From positions 387,388 to 419,707 of IMG/VR virus record IMGVR_UViG_3300044557_000292: a stretch of 32,320 nucleotides of DNA, one strand, 5' to 3'. The DNA comes from a virus. Taxonomy: Duplodnaviria; Heunggongvirae; Uroviricota; Caudoviricetes. The notes below the pieces were generated by a model. It was given only the letters and a program-made list of their open reading frames with translations. It had not been told where the DNA came from and made no database searches. Made by a program: the position numbers and the translations under genes. This document shows positions 9,844 through 18,192 of this stretch, piece by piece (position 1 is the first letter of the stretch; each line of letters opens with the position of its first letter).

Positions 9844-9938
9844 GTAATGAACCCCGCATAAACGTGGAATACATATAATTGACAAACGATTTCATTATAA
9901 CATAAGGTGGGATGAACCCCCGCATAAACGGGGAGTAC
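9844..9938 (-). CRISPR. Degenerate type I-E-like mini-array (2 repeats, one 36-nt spacer)
   Basis: Plus strand: GTAATGAACCCCGCATAAACGTGGAATAC (9844-9872), spacer 9873-9908, GGGATGAACCCCCGCATAAACGGGGAGTAC (9909-9938). The reverse complements start GTATTCC/GTACTCCCCG and have a CCCCG..CGGGG stem. Confidence 0.65.
9894..9902 (-). promoter_or_regulatory. Extended -10 promoter inside the mini-array spacer
   Basis: The reverse complement reads TGTTATAAT and points at the DUF4238-like gene. Confidence 0.6.
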
Positions 9939-10158
9939 ACTGGGAGCACGAGGAGATCCCAGTGTACTGAAATTATCAGTAATGCGCATCGAGCATGTTC
10001 TTCATTAAACAGTTATATAAAGTTGTACCACATCATATATTCGCCTTATCTGCGAATAGGAGTCGCAATGAGCATTACTGGCCATCATTGGCGTGTCGTG
10101 ATCTTATCCGGGTTATGATAATCACGTCAACAAAACGTGACAAGGAATAGGATTCATC

Positions 10159-10422
10159 ATGAGTGTAACGGTAAAGCCAAAGTCCTCCGCGAGAACGTAC
10201 ACGATCATCAAGATGCACCGTGGCCGCGTCTCAAAGCAAACGGGGACAATCCAGGAGCTTATCGAGTACTTCCATTACACCCTCGAATGCGGTAACGGTT
10301 GGAATCACAGCATCTCGCTCAACCCGCGCGGCGGGAGGGCGCTCGTGAACGCGCTTAACAAGTGCGTCCGCGAGCTGCAGGGCGGGTGCTTCAACCAGGA
10401 TCACTACGAGCTTGAATCTTGA
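10159..10422 (+). CDS. Small hypothetical protein
   Basis: 87 aa, with an AGGA RBS and GC-richer coding-like composition. Confidence 0.7.
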   Translation: MSVTVKPKSSARTYTIIKMHRGRVSKQTGTIQELIEYFHYTLECGNGWNHSISLNPRGGRALVNALNKCVRELQGGCFNQDHYELES

Positions 10423-10447
10423 TGATAGTAAAACCCTAGGATAGGAT

Positions 10448-10473
10448 AATCGCCCCGCGCCAGCGGGGCGATT
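10448..10473. terminator. Perfect 11-bp hairpin whose core equals a type I-E repeat stem-loop
   Basis: AATCGCCCCGC-GCCA-GCGGGGCGATT, 25 nt after the stop of 10159-10422. The core CCCCGCGCCAGCGGGG is the E. coli I-E repeat core. Confidence 0.55.
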
Positions 10474-10560
10474 CCAATTCGGGGCGGGGTGACGCGGGTT
10501 GCTAGGCTCGTGAGCGCCCATCACGCGGCAATCCCGTGGGGGTGACCCCAAGCACGCCCC

Positions 10561-10586
10561 AGACGCATTCCATGACCCTTAGACGC
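10561..10586 (+). repeat. Left arm of a 26/27-bp inverted repeat
   Basis: AGACGCATTCCATGAC-CCTTAGACGC versus the reverse complement of 11578-11604. Confidence 0.8.
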
Positions 10587-10674
10587 TCGATCTATCATGG
10601 CATGTGTTTTTTTACTCACCTGTGTTTCGGTGCGTTAGAGCGCATCCTCCGCGCTTCCATTCTGAACCGCTTGT

Positions 10675-11088
10675 TCAATGGAATAGAATCTTACGCACCT
10701 CGTCTACGCTCCCAGATGCTGCTGATAGTGCAACGCTCACGAGATCATCCACCGTGTACCCGCCGGTGGACAGCCCCTGGTACTCCATAAGAGTGAGCCC
10801 AGCCACGAGAGCAGTCCGCTTGTTACCGTCCGGATAGCAGTGTCCTGTGGCAATGCGCACCATGAGGTCGACGATCTGGTCTTCAGCATTCTCATACTCC
10901 CTCGAGGCGAAGACAGTATAGCAGACCGCGTTAATGCCGTCGATCGATCTACGTGGAGTCAGGTTGAGACCAGCGCTAGCAGACAGTGACCCGTCGTGGG
11001 CAGCAGTGATGATGCTCACAATGGAATCAAGATCGTCATTACCGTCCACAGATAGGGGTGCGATCGTCCTATCCAGCATTACTCTCAC
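10675..11088 (-). CDS. Doc-family (Fic/Doc) toxin
   Basis: HCYPDGNKRTA matches the Doc variant HxFx(D/N)GNKR of the Fic motif. 137 aa, typical Doc size. Confidence 0.85.
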   Translation of the reverse strand: MRVMLDRTIAPLSVDGNDDLDSIVSIITAAHDGSLSASAGLNLTPRRSIDGINAVCYTVFASREYENAEDQIVDLMVRIATGHCYPDGNKRTALVAGLTLMEYQGLSTGGYTVDDLVSVALSAASGSVDEVRKILFH

Positions 11089-11204
11089 CTGTCCTCAAGC
11101 TCATGAAGCGCGTCTAGTACCAACCTACTACCCAGAACGTCGTGTAAGCATGATTCCGCCCGATCATGATCAAAGGAATCGTGGGGCTCATCTCTTGCCA
11201 TCAT
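11085..11204 (-). CDS. 39-aa acidic ORF coupled to doc, putative minimal antitoxin (not in the ORF track)
   Basis: MMARDEPHDSFDHDRAESCLHDVLGSRLVLDALHELEDR*. AAGGAAG RBS. Its TGA overlaps the doc GTG (GTGA). Confidence 0.65.
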   Translation of the reverse strand: MMARDEPHDSFDHDRAESCLHDVLGSRLVLDALHELEDR

Positions 11205-11221
11205 CTTGATCTTCCTTAAGT

Positions 11222-11262
11222 TTAGTGACGGTTATAGTTTTTATATTAGTGACGGTTATAGT
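11222..11262. repeat. Two exact 17-bp direct repeats (24-nt period), operator-like
   Basis: TTAGTGACGGTTATAGT at 11222-11238 and 11246-11262, immediately upstream of the 39-aa ORF RBS. Confidence 0.85.
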
Positions 11263-11577
11263 CTTATAATCGTTATCATCCTCATCGAGGACTTCTGATT
11301 ATCGTTTATAAATGGACCCAACAGGAATCATGGATTCCAAGTCTGATAGCAGCCACCCGCTGCCGCAGCTACACGAATGACCAGCCAAGCCCACCATATA
11401 GGGGACGTAAGCATTGCTCGCAACTCTGAATATATCACGAGATTAAAGACTAATAACCATAATCGTAAAGAATGGTAATCAACGGCTATTTGATAACGAT
11501 TATGGAAGACGTTCTAACGCGCCATAGACGCACTTTTCCCCACGGGAGTATTTTTTTCACACGCCTTGACGGTACTT

Positions 11578-11604
11578 GCGTCTAAGGCGTCATGGAATGC
11601 GTCT
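11578..11604 (-). repeat. Right arm of the 26/27-bp inverted repeat
   Basis: GCGTCTAAGGCGTCATGGAATGCGTCT. Confidence 0.8.
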
Positions 11605-11744
11605 TAAGTGCATTCAGGCATGAATCCAGAAGTGATCTACGTCTAAACCCTCGAAGACTCGCCTATTAACGATGATTTGTGGATACCATCATGTAACGAT
11701 AAGATCATCACATATGGTCGATGGGGTTATTAGAGGAGTAGATT

Positions 11745-11918
11745 ATGGGAGACATGACGAATCGTGATCATTGGAATCAGGACGATTACTGGAAGTCGCT
11801 AGAGCGATCATTCAACAAGACGTTCATCAAATCTGTACGAGCAGGGGATCACCCCGAACGACTTCCCCTCATGGACGAGGAGCCAGACGACCCAGCTGCG
11901 CCCAATGGTGATCATTAA
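11745..11918 (+). CDS. 57-aa hypothetical protein (below the ORF-track cutoff)
   Basis: AGAGGAG RBS followed by MGDMTNRDHWNQDDYWKSLERSFNKTFIKSVRAGDHPERLPLMDEEPDDPAAPNGDH*. Confidence 0.5.
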   Translation: MGDMTNRDHWNQDDYWKSLERSFNKTFIKSVRAGDHPERLPLMDEEPDDPAAPNGDH

Positions 11919-12117
11919 CCATGATGATAATCGTGCGCGCCGCGTAAGACCATCTGCCGCAATGAGAACAACCGTTAACTAACATTGCGTCTATCCTAGA
12001 CGGGAATAAGGCCACCTCGAATAGTAAGCGTCTCAGCGCCCTGATGGCAGCATATGATCACATCAGGGGCTTGTTAGTTCTAAGAGGATCGACGGTACAC
12101 GATCGGGACTAGAAGGC

Positions 12118-12468
12118 TCATTCTTCATAGGTAAGACCAGTCCACACGATCGTGTACACGATCACGACTCCAGCAGTGATCGTGTAAGCAGTAGATGCGA
12201 ACCCGAATGTCCATATGATGATGAGCGCGAGGATGACCGTGAGGATCATGAGCAGGGAGTCTAGGAGCACGGACGCGCTTTGTAGCAGTATGATCCTCAC
12301 GAAGGTGGTCATGGTGAGCACAAGCATCACCACCGTCGACCAGATCTTCACGCTGAGATGGACTGCGCCGCTGGTTAAGAACAATGAGAACAGTAACGCG
12401 GTGGGTAGAGCCTCAACAATCCCCAGCATCCATCGCTCTGATAAGATCTTAATCATATGGAATAGCAC
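12118..12468 (-). CDS. Small integral membrane protein (about 4 TM)
   Basis: 116 aa, almost entirely hydrophobic helices. Confidence 0.65.
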   Translation of the reverse strand: MLFHMIKILSERWMLGIVEALPTALLFSLFLTSGAVHLSVKIWSTVVMLVLTMTTFVRIILLQSASVLLDSLLMILTVILALIIIWTFGFASTAYTITAGVVIVYTIVWTGLTYEE

Positions 12469-12473
12469 TTCTT

Positions 12474-13298
12474 CTAATCAGATGAATCTTCACGTTTATC
12501 CTCCTGATCGCCCTCATGGCTGGGGGTAATCGGGAGAATAAACGCGCTGGCCGTAAATGACCCAGCTGGAATCTCAGTGAACCCGGCGTCATGAATGATC
12601 ACGTCATCCGATTCTGATGGTATTCCAAGCGTGGGTATGATCTTGTAACCGGATTCAGCCCAGCTATCATAGGCGTCATCATCGAGTCTCATAACGGCAA
12701 CCTGAACAGCGTGAAGGTATTGTGCGATTATCTTACCCGGGCTCATGCCCAGTTGACTGTTCACTGTCACCAGTAGAACACCAGCACTGTCATCACTACC
12801 CTGTGGGGGCCACTCATCGCGGACCTTGTAGCCCTGCAGCTGGAGCTTGTGGACTGGCTTGAACCATTCCTCCCTCTGCACGCTCTCTGGAAGCGGTGGA
12901 AGGACGATGCTTGCATTATCCTCATCTTCAGTGGTAGCGAGGGGGAGATCACGCGCTCGCAGGGCGTTGACGATGGCGGCGTATTTTGACGACTTCACGT
13001 GCTTCACGACCTTACGGATCCTCCCGTCAACCCATCTCTTGAGGAGATCATGATACTCTCCATCACTTGATGACAGCTGCGAGAATAGTGAGAGCATAGA
13101 CGTAGACGCGAGTGACATAGACCCCTCAAGAGTCTGCAACGGTGAACCGTCCTGCCCCTTAGACGTCTTCATGATGATGATCATGCTCACTGGATCGATA
13201 CTATCGTCAATCCCATGATCATCATCCCACGCGCTTGTCTGCATGGTCTCACGGAATAGGTCAAGACCGTTCCTTAACGATTCGTCTTTCTTTATCAT
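12474..13298 (-). CDS. Peptidyl-tRNA hydrolase type 2 (PTH2)-like protein, actinobacterial long form
   Basis: VNSQLGMSPGKIIAQYLHA and IHDAGFTEIPAGSFT match PTH2 signature motifs. Confidence 0.75.
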   Translation of the reverse strand: MIKKDESLRNGLDLFRETMQTSAWDDDHGIDDSIDPVSMIIIMKTSKGQDGSPLQTLEGSMSLASTSMLSLFSQLSSSDGEYHDLLKRWVDGRIRKVVKHVKSSKYAAIVNALRARDLPLATTEDEDNASIVLPPLPESVQREEWFKPVHKLQLQGYKVRDEWPPQGSDDSAGVLLVTVNSQLGMSPGKIIAQYLHAVQVAVMRLDDDAYDSWAESGYKIIPTLGIPSESDDVIIHDAGFTEIPAGSFTASAFILPITPSHEGDQEDKREDSSD

Positions 13299-13445
13299 TA
13301 TTTACCCATGATAGTTAAGTTAGACATCCACATTCATCCATGCTCCTAATGATTGCTCCCTTTGAGTAGAGTGTTGATCTTGCCTACCGTGCGTTTCATC
13401 CGTACTCCAAGTTGAGAACGGAGTCCATCATCTAGATTCTTTGAA

Positions 13446-13910
13446 TCATTTTCGAAGAACAACCCTGTTGAGAAGCATCCTACCACCCTGTACGTACACG
13501 AAGTCATTATCACTGGGATCATCCAGACCCTTGATTGTCTTCATGGTCTCACCGAATGTCTTCATGTCCTCCACGGACCCGCGGAGGCTAACAGCCTCAT
13601 CCCTGAGACGATCACGATTCACCTCAGATCGCGGAATGAATCCCATGATGACATTAGCCTCAGAACGCTCGGACTCAGCCCTGTCCCTCGACCCGACCTT
13701 ATCGTACTCCTCAGCGCTCTTCACGCGCTGGCGCACCTGGGTCTTGAGGAATCCAATGATCTCATCATCACTGTACTCGTGAGGATGCTTGCCCTGCTTC
13801 TCCTCATTCTGTAGGGATGACAAGAGCGTGGATAGGATCGTCTTCCTCGTGAGATTGCCGTTCTTCCATGCTGAGATCATGTCCTCATGAATCGTATCCC
13901 TAATAGTCAT
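13446..13910 (-). CDS. GatB/YqeY-domain protein
   Basis: IHEDMISAWK..RKTIL..EEKQG..SDDEII..QVRQRVKSAEEYDKVG..AESE follows the YqeY pattern. Confidence 0.85.
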   Translation of the reverse strand: MTIRDTIHEDMISAWKNGNLTRKTILSTLLSSLQNEEKQGKHPHEYSDDEIIGFLKTQVRQRVKSAEEYDKVGSRDRAESERSEANVIMGFIPRSEVNRDRLRDEAVSLRGSVEDMKTFGETMKTIKGLDDPSDNDFVYVQGGRMLLNRVVLRK

Positions 13911-14078
13911 TGTAATATCCTCTTCCTCACATAAATTGACAATGACTCCATTGTATCACGGTTTTAGAATCATGGACAACTCACTTGTCTTCCATAATGC
14001 TCGATTATGTACTTATAGGTGTCATTACCTCAGACCCTTCGGACGATGCTTGATGTCTTTTATCTTACGCATGATCTT

Positions 14079-14456
14079 CTATTCATTCTCCTTCACGTTA
14101 AGATTGACTCCGTTAATTTTATCGTGCACAGATGCATCTGTAGAGAATGAGTACTTATATGAATAACCATTCTTCTCTAGATTTTTCGTGTCAGCATTAC
14201 TAGGACGATACTTCTCCTCAATCCAGGAAAGATCAGACGAGCTCATGGTAAGATCATTGCCTGGATCAACTGGACTCATGATAACGTTTATCCCCCTAGG
14301 GTAATCGTTAGCATGATGCTCTAGGTCGACAGAACCCTTAAACAGTGGTCCGTTACAATCTGACTGCACTGTCAGAACAAGATCTTTCACCTGTTCCAGC
14401 ATATTGTTCTCAATGGTGAACTCGACGTTCCCATTATGATCCGTGTGATTGTACAC
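14079..14456 (-). CDS. Paralog of the C-terminal domain of 14877-15632
   Basis: YNHTDHNGNVEFTI..VQSDC resembles FYHSDDNGDINLTV..VQC. In frame with 14475-14864 across a TGA. Confidence 0.6.
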   Translation of the reverse strand: MYNHTDHNGNVEFTIENNMLEQVKDLVLTVQSDCNGPLFKGSVDLEHHANDYPRGINVIMSPVDPGNDLTMSSSDLSWIEEKYRPSNADTKNLEKNGYSYKYSFSTDASVHDKINGVNLNVKENE

Positions 14457-14474
14457 GACGATGAGGTCAGCTCC

Positions 14475-14864
14475 TCAAAGATAGCCTACATTAGGTGCAG
14501 ATGTGTCACCCCACCCGCTGTAAGATCCGTCTTTAGCAATGAAGAATGATTCAGAAGAACTTTTCTTCTTGAAGCTAAGACCAGCAGACCAAGATCTTTC
14601 CATCTCCTTGTCTGTTCTCACCTGAACTGGGTATAGGTCAACAGCCCACTTATCGTCTTCACCTCTCTCATATTCTGATTGTCCAGCATAACAGTATGCT
14701 AGTGACGATCCGTTCTTGTCAGTAAGGTGGATCTTCGCTGTTAACGATTCCATGTAATGGGCCTCAGAGAATCCTATAGGAGAATCAGAAGCAATGATAA
14801 GAGAAGATGCCACCAAAACTATGATTAATAGGGTTTTGTATGATCTGCTCACGAATCTATACAT
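14475..14864 (-). CDS. Exported protein, paralog of the N-terminal domain of 14877-15632
   Basis: Signal or TM segment, then IHLTDKNGSSLAYCYAGQS, which resembles LHLVNASGSSLSNCYVGQS. Confidence 0.65.
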   Translation of the reverse strand: MYRFVSRSYKTLLIIVLVASSLIIASDSPIGFSEAHYMESLTAKIHLTDKNGSSLAYCYAGQSEYERGEDDKWAVDLYPVQVRTDKEMERSWSAGLSFKKKSSSESFFIAKDGSYSGWGDTSAPNVGYL

Positions 14865-14876
14865 AATCTAATCTCA

Positions 14877-15632
14877 CTATTGAATGGTAGATGAATACAG
14901 ATCTTTATAAGACGTGACTCCTACCTCATTGAGACTAACAGTCTTATCATGATATGGAATAGAACCACGTCCTACCTTGGATAAGATCCAATTCGTATCC
15001 TTTTGTGGTTCGCTATTGCTAGACGTACTCTTCATGTGGACAATATGAGAACTAGATCTGTTTACTATTCCTATAACAGGGATACCAAGTCTAACTCGAC
15101 CTTCTGATACACCATCGCCACATTGCACCCGAATGTTAAGATCATAATCTCTTAAGTGCTTGATCGTTGTGCTATTAACGGTAAGATTAATGTCACCGTT
15201 ATCATCACTATGATAGAATGTTGTTTCTATCTTAACTTCTTTCTTGTTATCATCTTTATTAGAATCATTGGAATAATTTGGTGCCACGGGCGTCTCGTTA
15301 CTAAGTACACCTTGATTGTAATATGACTCCTTGGGGAATCCTACGCCAACCTCGTGATCTGATAGACCTGTCTTCACTGTTGAAGACAATTCCTCCCCAC
15401 GATATAGAGTCTTAAGGTTACCGTCAACTATGTGCTCTCCTGAATGATCTAGACTATGAGATTGTCCCACATAGCAATTAGATAAGCTTGATCCACTAGC
15501 ATTAACTAAATGAAGTGTTGTTGTAATAGTTCTGTGACCATAAGAATAAGCTGTAATCAAAACTATCATAGTTGCTATTGCAATAAGTAGAATTGAAATA
15601 ATATTTTTTATTCTTTTATTCTGCATGATCAC
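14877..15632 (-). CDS. Membrane-anchored exported two-domain protein
   Basis: 251 aa with a basic N-terminus and a TM helix, in the AT-rich island. Confidence 0.7.
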   Translation of the reverse strand: MIMQNKRIKNIISILLIAIATMIVLITAYSYGHRTITTTLHLVNASGSSLSNCYVGQSHSLDHSGEHIVDGNLKTLYRGEELSSTVKTGLSDHEVGVGFPKESYYNQGVLSNETPVAPNYSNDSNKDDNKKEVKIETTFYHSDDNGDINLTVNSTTIKHLRDYDLNIRVQCGDGVSEGRVRLGIPVIGIVNRSSSHIVHMKSTSSNSEPQKDTNWILSKVGRGSIPYHDKTVSLNEVGVTSYKDLYSSTIQ

Positions 15633-16710
15633 TTATAATCTCCTGTATTGTTTCAAATGTTGATTCTGTCAATCTGGTTGCTATATTCCCATTACTTTCA
15701 TCAACATCATCATCGGTTAGATCGTCACAAGAACCACTTAAACAAACCTCTCCTTTATTAACTCCAATAGCCATTAACGATAATGAATTCGGATCATCTA
15801 TAGCAATAGCTGCTCCACTCTCACCAGAAGTTTCATCAAATGAGTGAGCTATATTTTCTCCATTGTTAAATATTTCTTTAATATGATTTCCATATTGTGT
15901 CCACATTGTCCAATCAGACTTATCACTCGGGTAACCGGTTAACCTAGCATCAGCATATGATCCCCAAACATACTCATCTAGAACACCATATCCATACCAT
16001 CCAACTTGATCTCCAATAGAATCATTAAGAACAATGATTCCCCAATCATTAAGATTATCAGTACCATCAGAATAACTCTAACTAATTGCTTCTCCTGATG
16101 CTGATGATTTTATACTAGAATTAGGAATTGGATTACCATTAGAATCTTGAGTAGAATCAACGGCTCCAGCATAGACTGTAAAATCCTTATTCCAAGTTTC
16201 AGAATCTATATCATAAAGGCAATGAGCTGCCGTAAGAACAATATTAGATCCTATAAGAACGCCACTGCATCCAAGACCTCCGCTCCCTGATCCATTATTA
16301 GCTGTTATAGCGATTATAGGAGCATAAACTGGATTACTCTCTGTGGCTGTCACCTGGGTACGATCATCGTCCCCAATGATCATGTACGGGGTGATGCCGG
16401 AAGAAGTATCTGATTCTGTTCCATTATCTTTGAACGGCGTCCAACCGTGATGAACATAAGATCGACTTGAAGATGAGGACAATGATTTTGATAATGTTTT
16501 CGGAACGGATCTTGTCCCAGACTCATTAGGATTCATACTGCCATCATGCCATAAGTATGATAATGATTCTTGTGAAGAAGATCTTGTTGTCGATGCACTG
16601 GCCGATTCTGGATTCAACGCTATCATTAAAACTGAGATCATTGATGCAGTTTTGATAATCGACAGCGTTTTTACTATTCTAATATGAACGGCACTATTAA
16701 TCCTATCCAT
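15616..16710 (-). pseudogene. Secreted trypsin-fold (V8/glutamyl endopeptidase-like) serine protease interrupted by one in-frame TAG
   Basis: CSGVLIG..LTAAHC (His) comes before the TAG at 16078-16080. The same frame continues NDWGIIVL (Asp), LTGYPSDK and DETSGESG (Ser) into ORF 15616-15906. Confidence 0.8.
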
Positions 16711-16809
16711 GATTTTATCTTCGTTGAGTCTTAACGGTTAATTCTAATATGAGACTAAATGGTAAGATATCAATAAGATTCACGAGGAGGAGTATTAGAA
16801 CAACCGGCC

Positions 16810-17790
16810 TCACACGGATGGAGATGGTATCCTCCTAGACAAGTCCTCAAAGACTGCCGTGGACTCACGAATCTCTCGCGCGTCCTGCGAGTATGATTCA
16901 AGCTTATCATCAAGGCTACTCAGGACCGTCACCATATGATCCAGCTCGCGGTTGACCACGTCGCTATCCTGCCGCTCACTGTTATCCTTCTTGAGAAGAC
17001 TCCTCGCATGATTCACCACGTCGCCATCCAGGCCAACACCCACAAGCGCGGCCTTCTCCACGACGCGATTCAAGAGATCATTCAACCGCTCGTAGGTATA
17101 GTTAATACTGTCAACGGTATCCCTCGGGGAGATTCCGGGGTCCATGAGCTCTCGGGCGATCGTCTCGTTAACAATCCTAATAATCTCCTCCTGCTCGGCC
17201 TTTGAATCCCTCACACCATCGGCATCAGTGACTACGGACACTACAGCGCCTTCGAGCACGTGGTTACTCAACCCGGTAATACGGAATGCTTGGTTACAAG
17301 AATCAAGATGAAGATTCTTGTTACACCAATTGTTAAGATCATCAGGACCATAATTAAATCCAATGATCGCGTCACGCCCCCTAACGCGCATCCTCAACAC
17401 GGTTCCAGCTTTCAATGGATTAATGGGCCCCGGGCCATCCAGTAATGACTTCTCCCCCATAACAGATCTCGAGATATTCATAACCATTGTTGCGCTTGAG
17501 AGACCTAACACCAAGAGAGCAATCGGGGCTACAAAGACCGCCGCGATGGTACCGAGCAGGTAAGGAGTTCTCACCGCAAACAGGAAATTAGTGAGGAGCA
17601 GTCCAGCTGAGGCTAGGACGACGGGGAGCTGGCAGATGAACGCGAGCTTGGACTTGCGCTCGCTATACCATCGATACCACCTGTGATGAAGCTTCCTGCC
17701 AGTCGATCTAACCCACTTGTCCTCGCGATCGATTCTAGTAGATATGATGCGCGCTTCTTCCACCCCATGTGGATTATTCATCGTAATCAT
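16810..17790 (-). CDS. Hypothetical membrane protein (2 TM, helical C-terminus)
   Basis: 326 aa with a hydrophobic hairpin at about residues 48-105. Confidence 0.6.
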   Translation of the reverse strand: MITMNNPHGVEEARIISTRIDREDKWVRSTGRKLHHRWYRWYSERKSKLAFICQLPVVLASAGLLLTNFLFAVRTPYLLGTIAAVFVAPIALLVLGLSSATMVMNISRSVMGEKSLLDGPGPINPLKAGTVLRMRVRGRDAIIGFNYGPDDLNNWCNKNLHLDSCNQAFRITGLSNHVLEGAVVSVVTDADGVRDSKAEQEEIIRIVNETIARELMDPGISPRDTVDSINYTYERLNDLLNRVVEKAALVGVGLDGDVVNHARSLLKKDNSERQDSDVVNRELDHMVTVLSSLDDKLESYSQDAREIRESTAVFEDLSRRIPSPSV

Positions 17791-18184
17791 TCCAATCTCT
17801 CATGGAAACCTGGTCTCTAGCAGTAATAGCGTCGTATTGCACTACCTGACCGGACGGAACCTGAGACACGAGCTGGTGGAAGAGACTCATCCCCCTTGAA
17901 GAATCCAGCAACTCCGCTCTTCTCTCCTCAGGAGTAGATCCGTGTAGATGAGACGTCATGTTCAAAAGCATCACTAGACGGTCATGATGCTCATCATGCA
18001 TTTGACGACCAGTCATCCACCCGTTAACCGTTCTTGGGTAGACCCCGAAGAGCCTTCCCAATTGGCTAGATGATAGCCCGGTAAGATCTCGTAACCTTAC
18101 CATGTCATCTGCACTATTGGTATCAATAGAATGACTCTTCACCAGAGAACACCGCCCGTCAATCATCGAATAAGATTCCGTCAA
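17774..18184 (-). CDS. XRE-like helix-turn-helix protein
   Basis: LRDLTGLSSSQLGRLFGVYPRTVNGWMTG. Confidence 0.65.
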   Translation of the reverse strand: MTESYSMIDGRCSLVKSHSIDTNSADDMVRLRDLTGLSSSQLGRLFGVYPRTVNGWMTGRQMHDEHHDRLVMLLNMTSHLHGSTPEERRAELLDSSRGMSLFHQLVSQVPSGQVVQYDAITARDQVSMRDWNDYDE

Positions 18185-18192
18185 CAGACATA

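Noticed and set aside
11844-11856. GGGGATCACCCCG resembling half of a I-E repeat
   Set aside because: It lies inside the 57-aa ORF and the second half shows no similarity.
15900-15910. Self-targeting by spacer 2 (TCCACATTGTC 11-nt match)
   Set aside because: The match stops after 11 nt and is at the PAM-distal end in the canonical orientation. No spacer has a convincing protospacer in the window.
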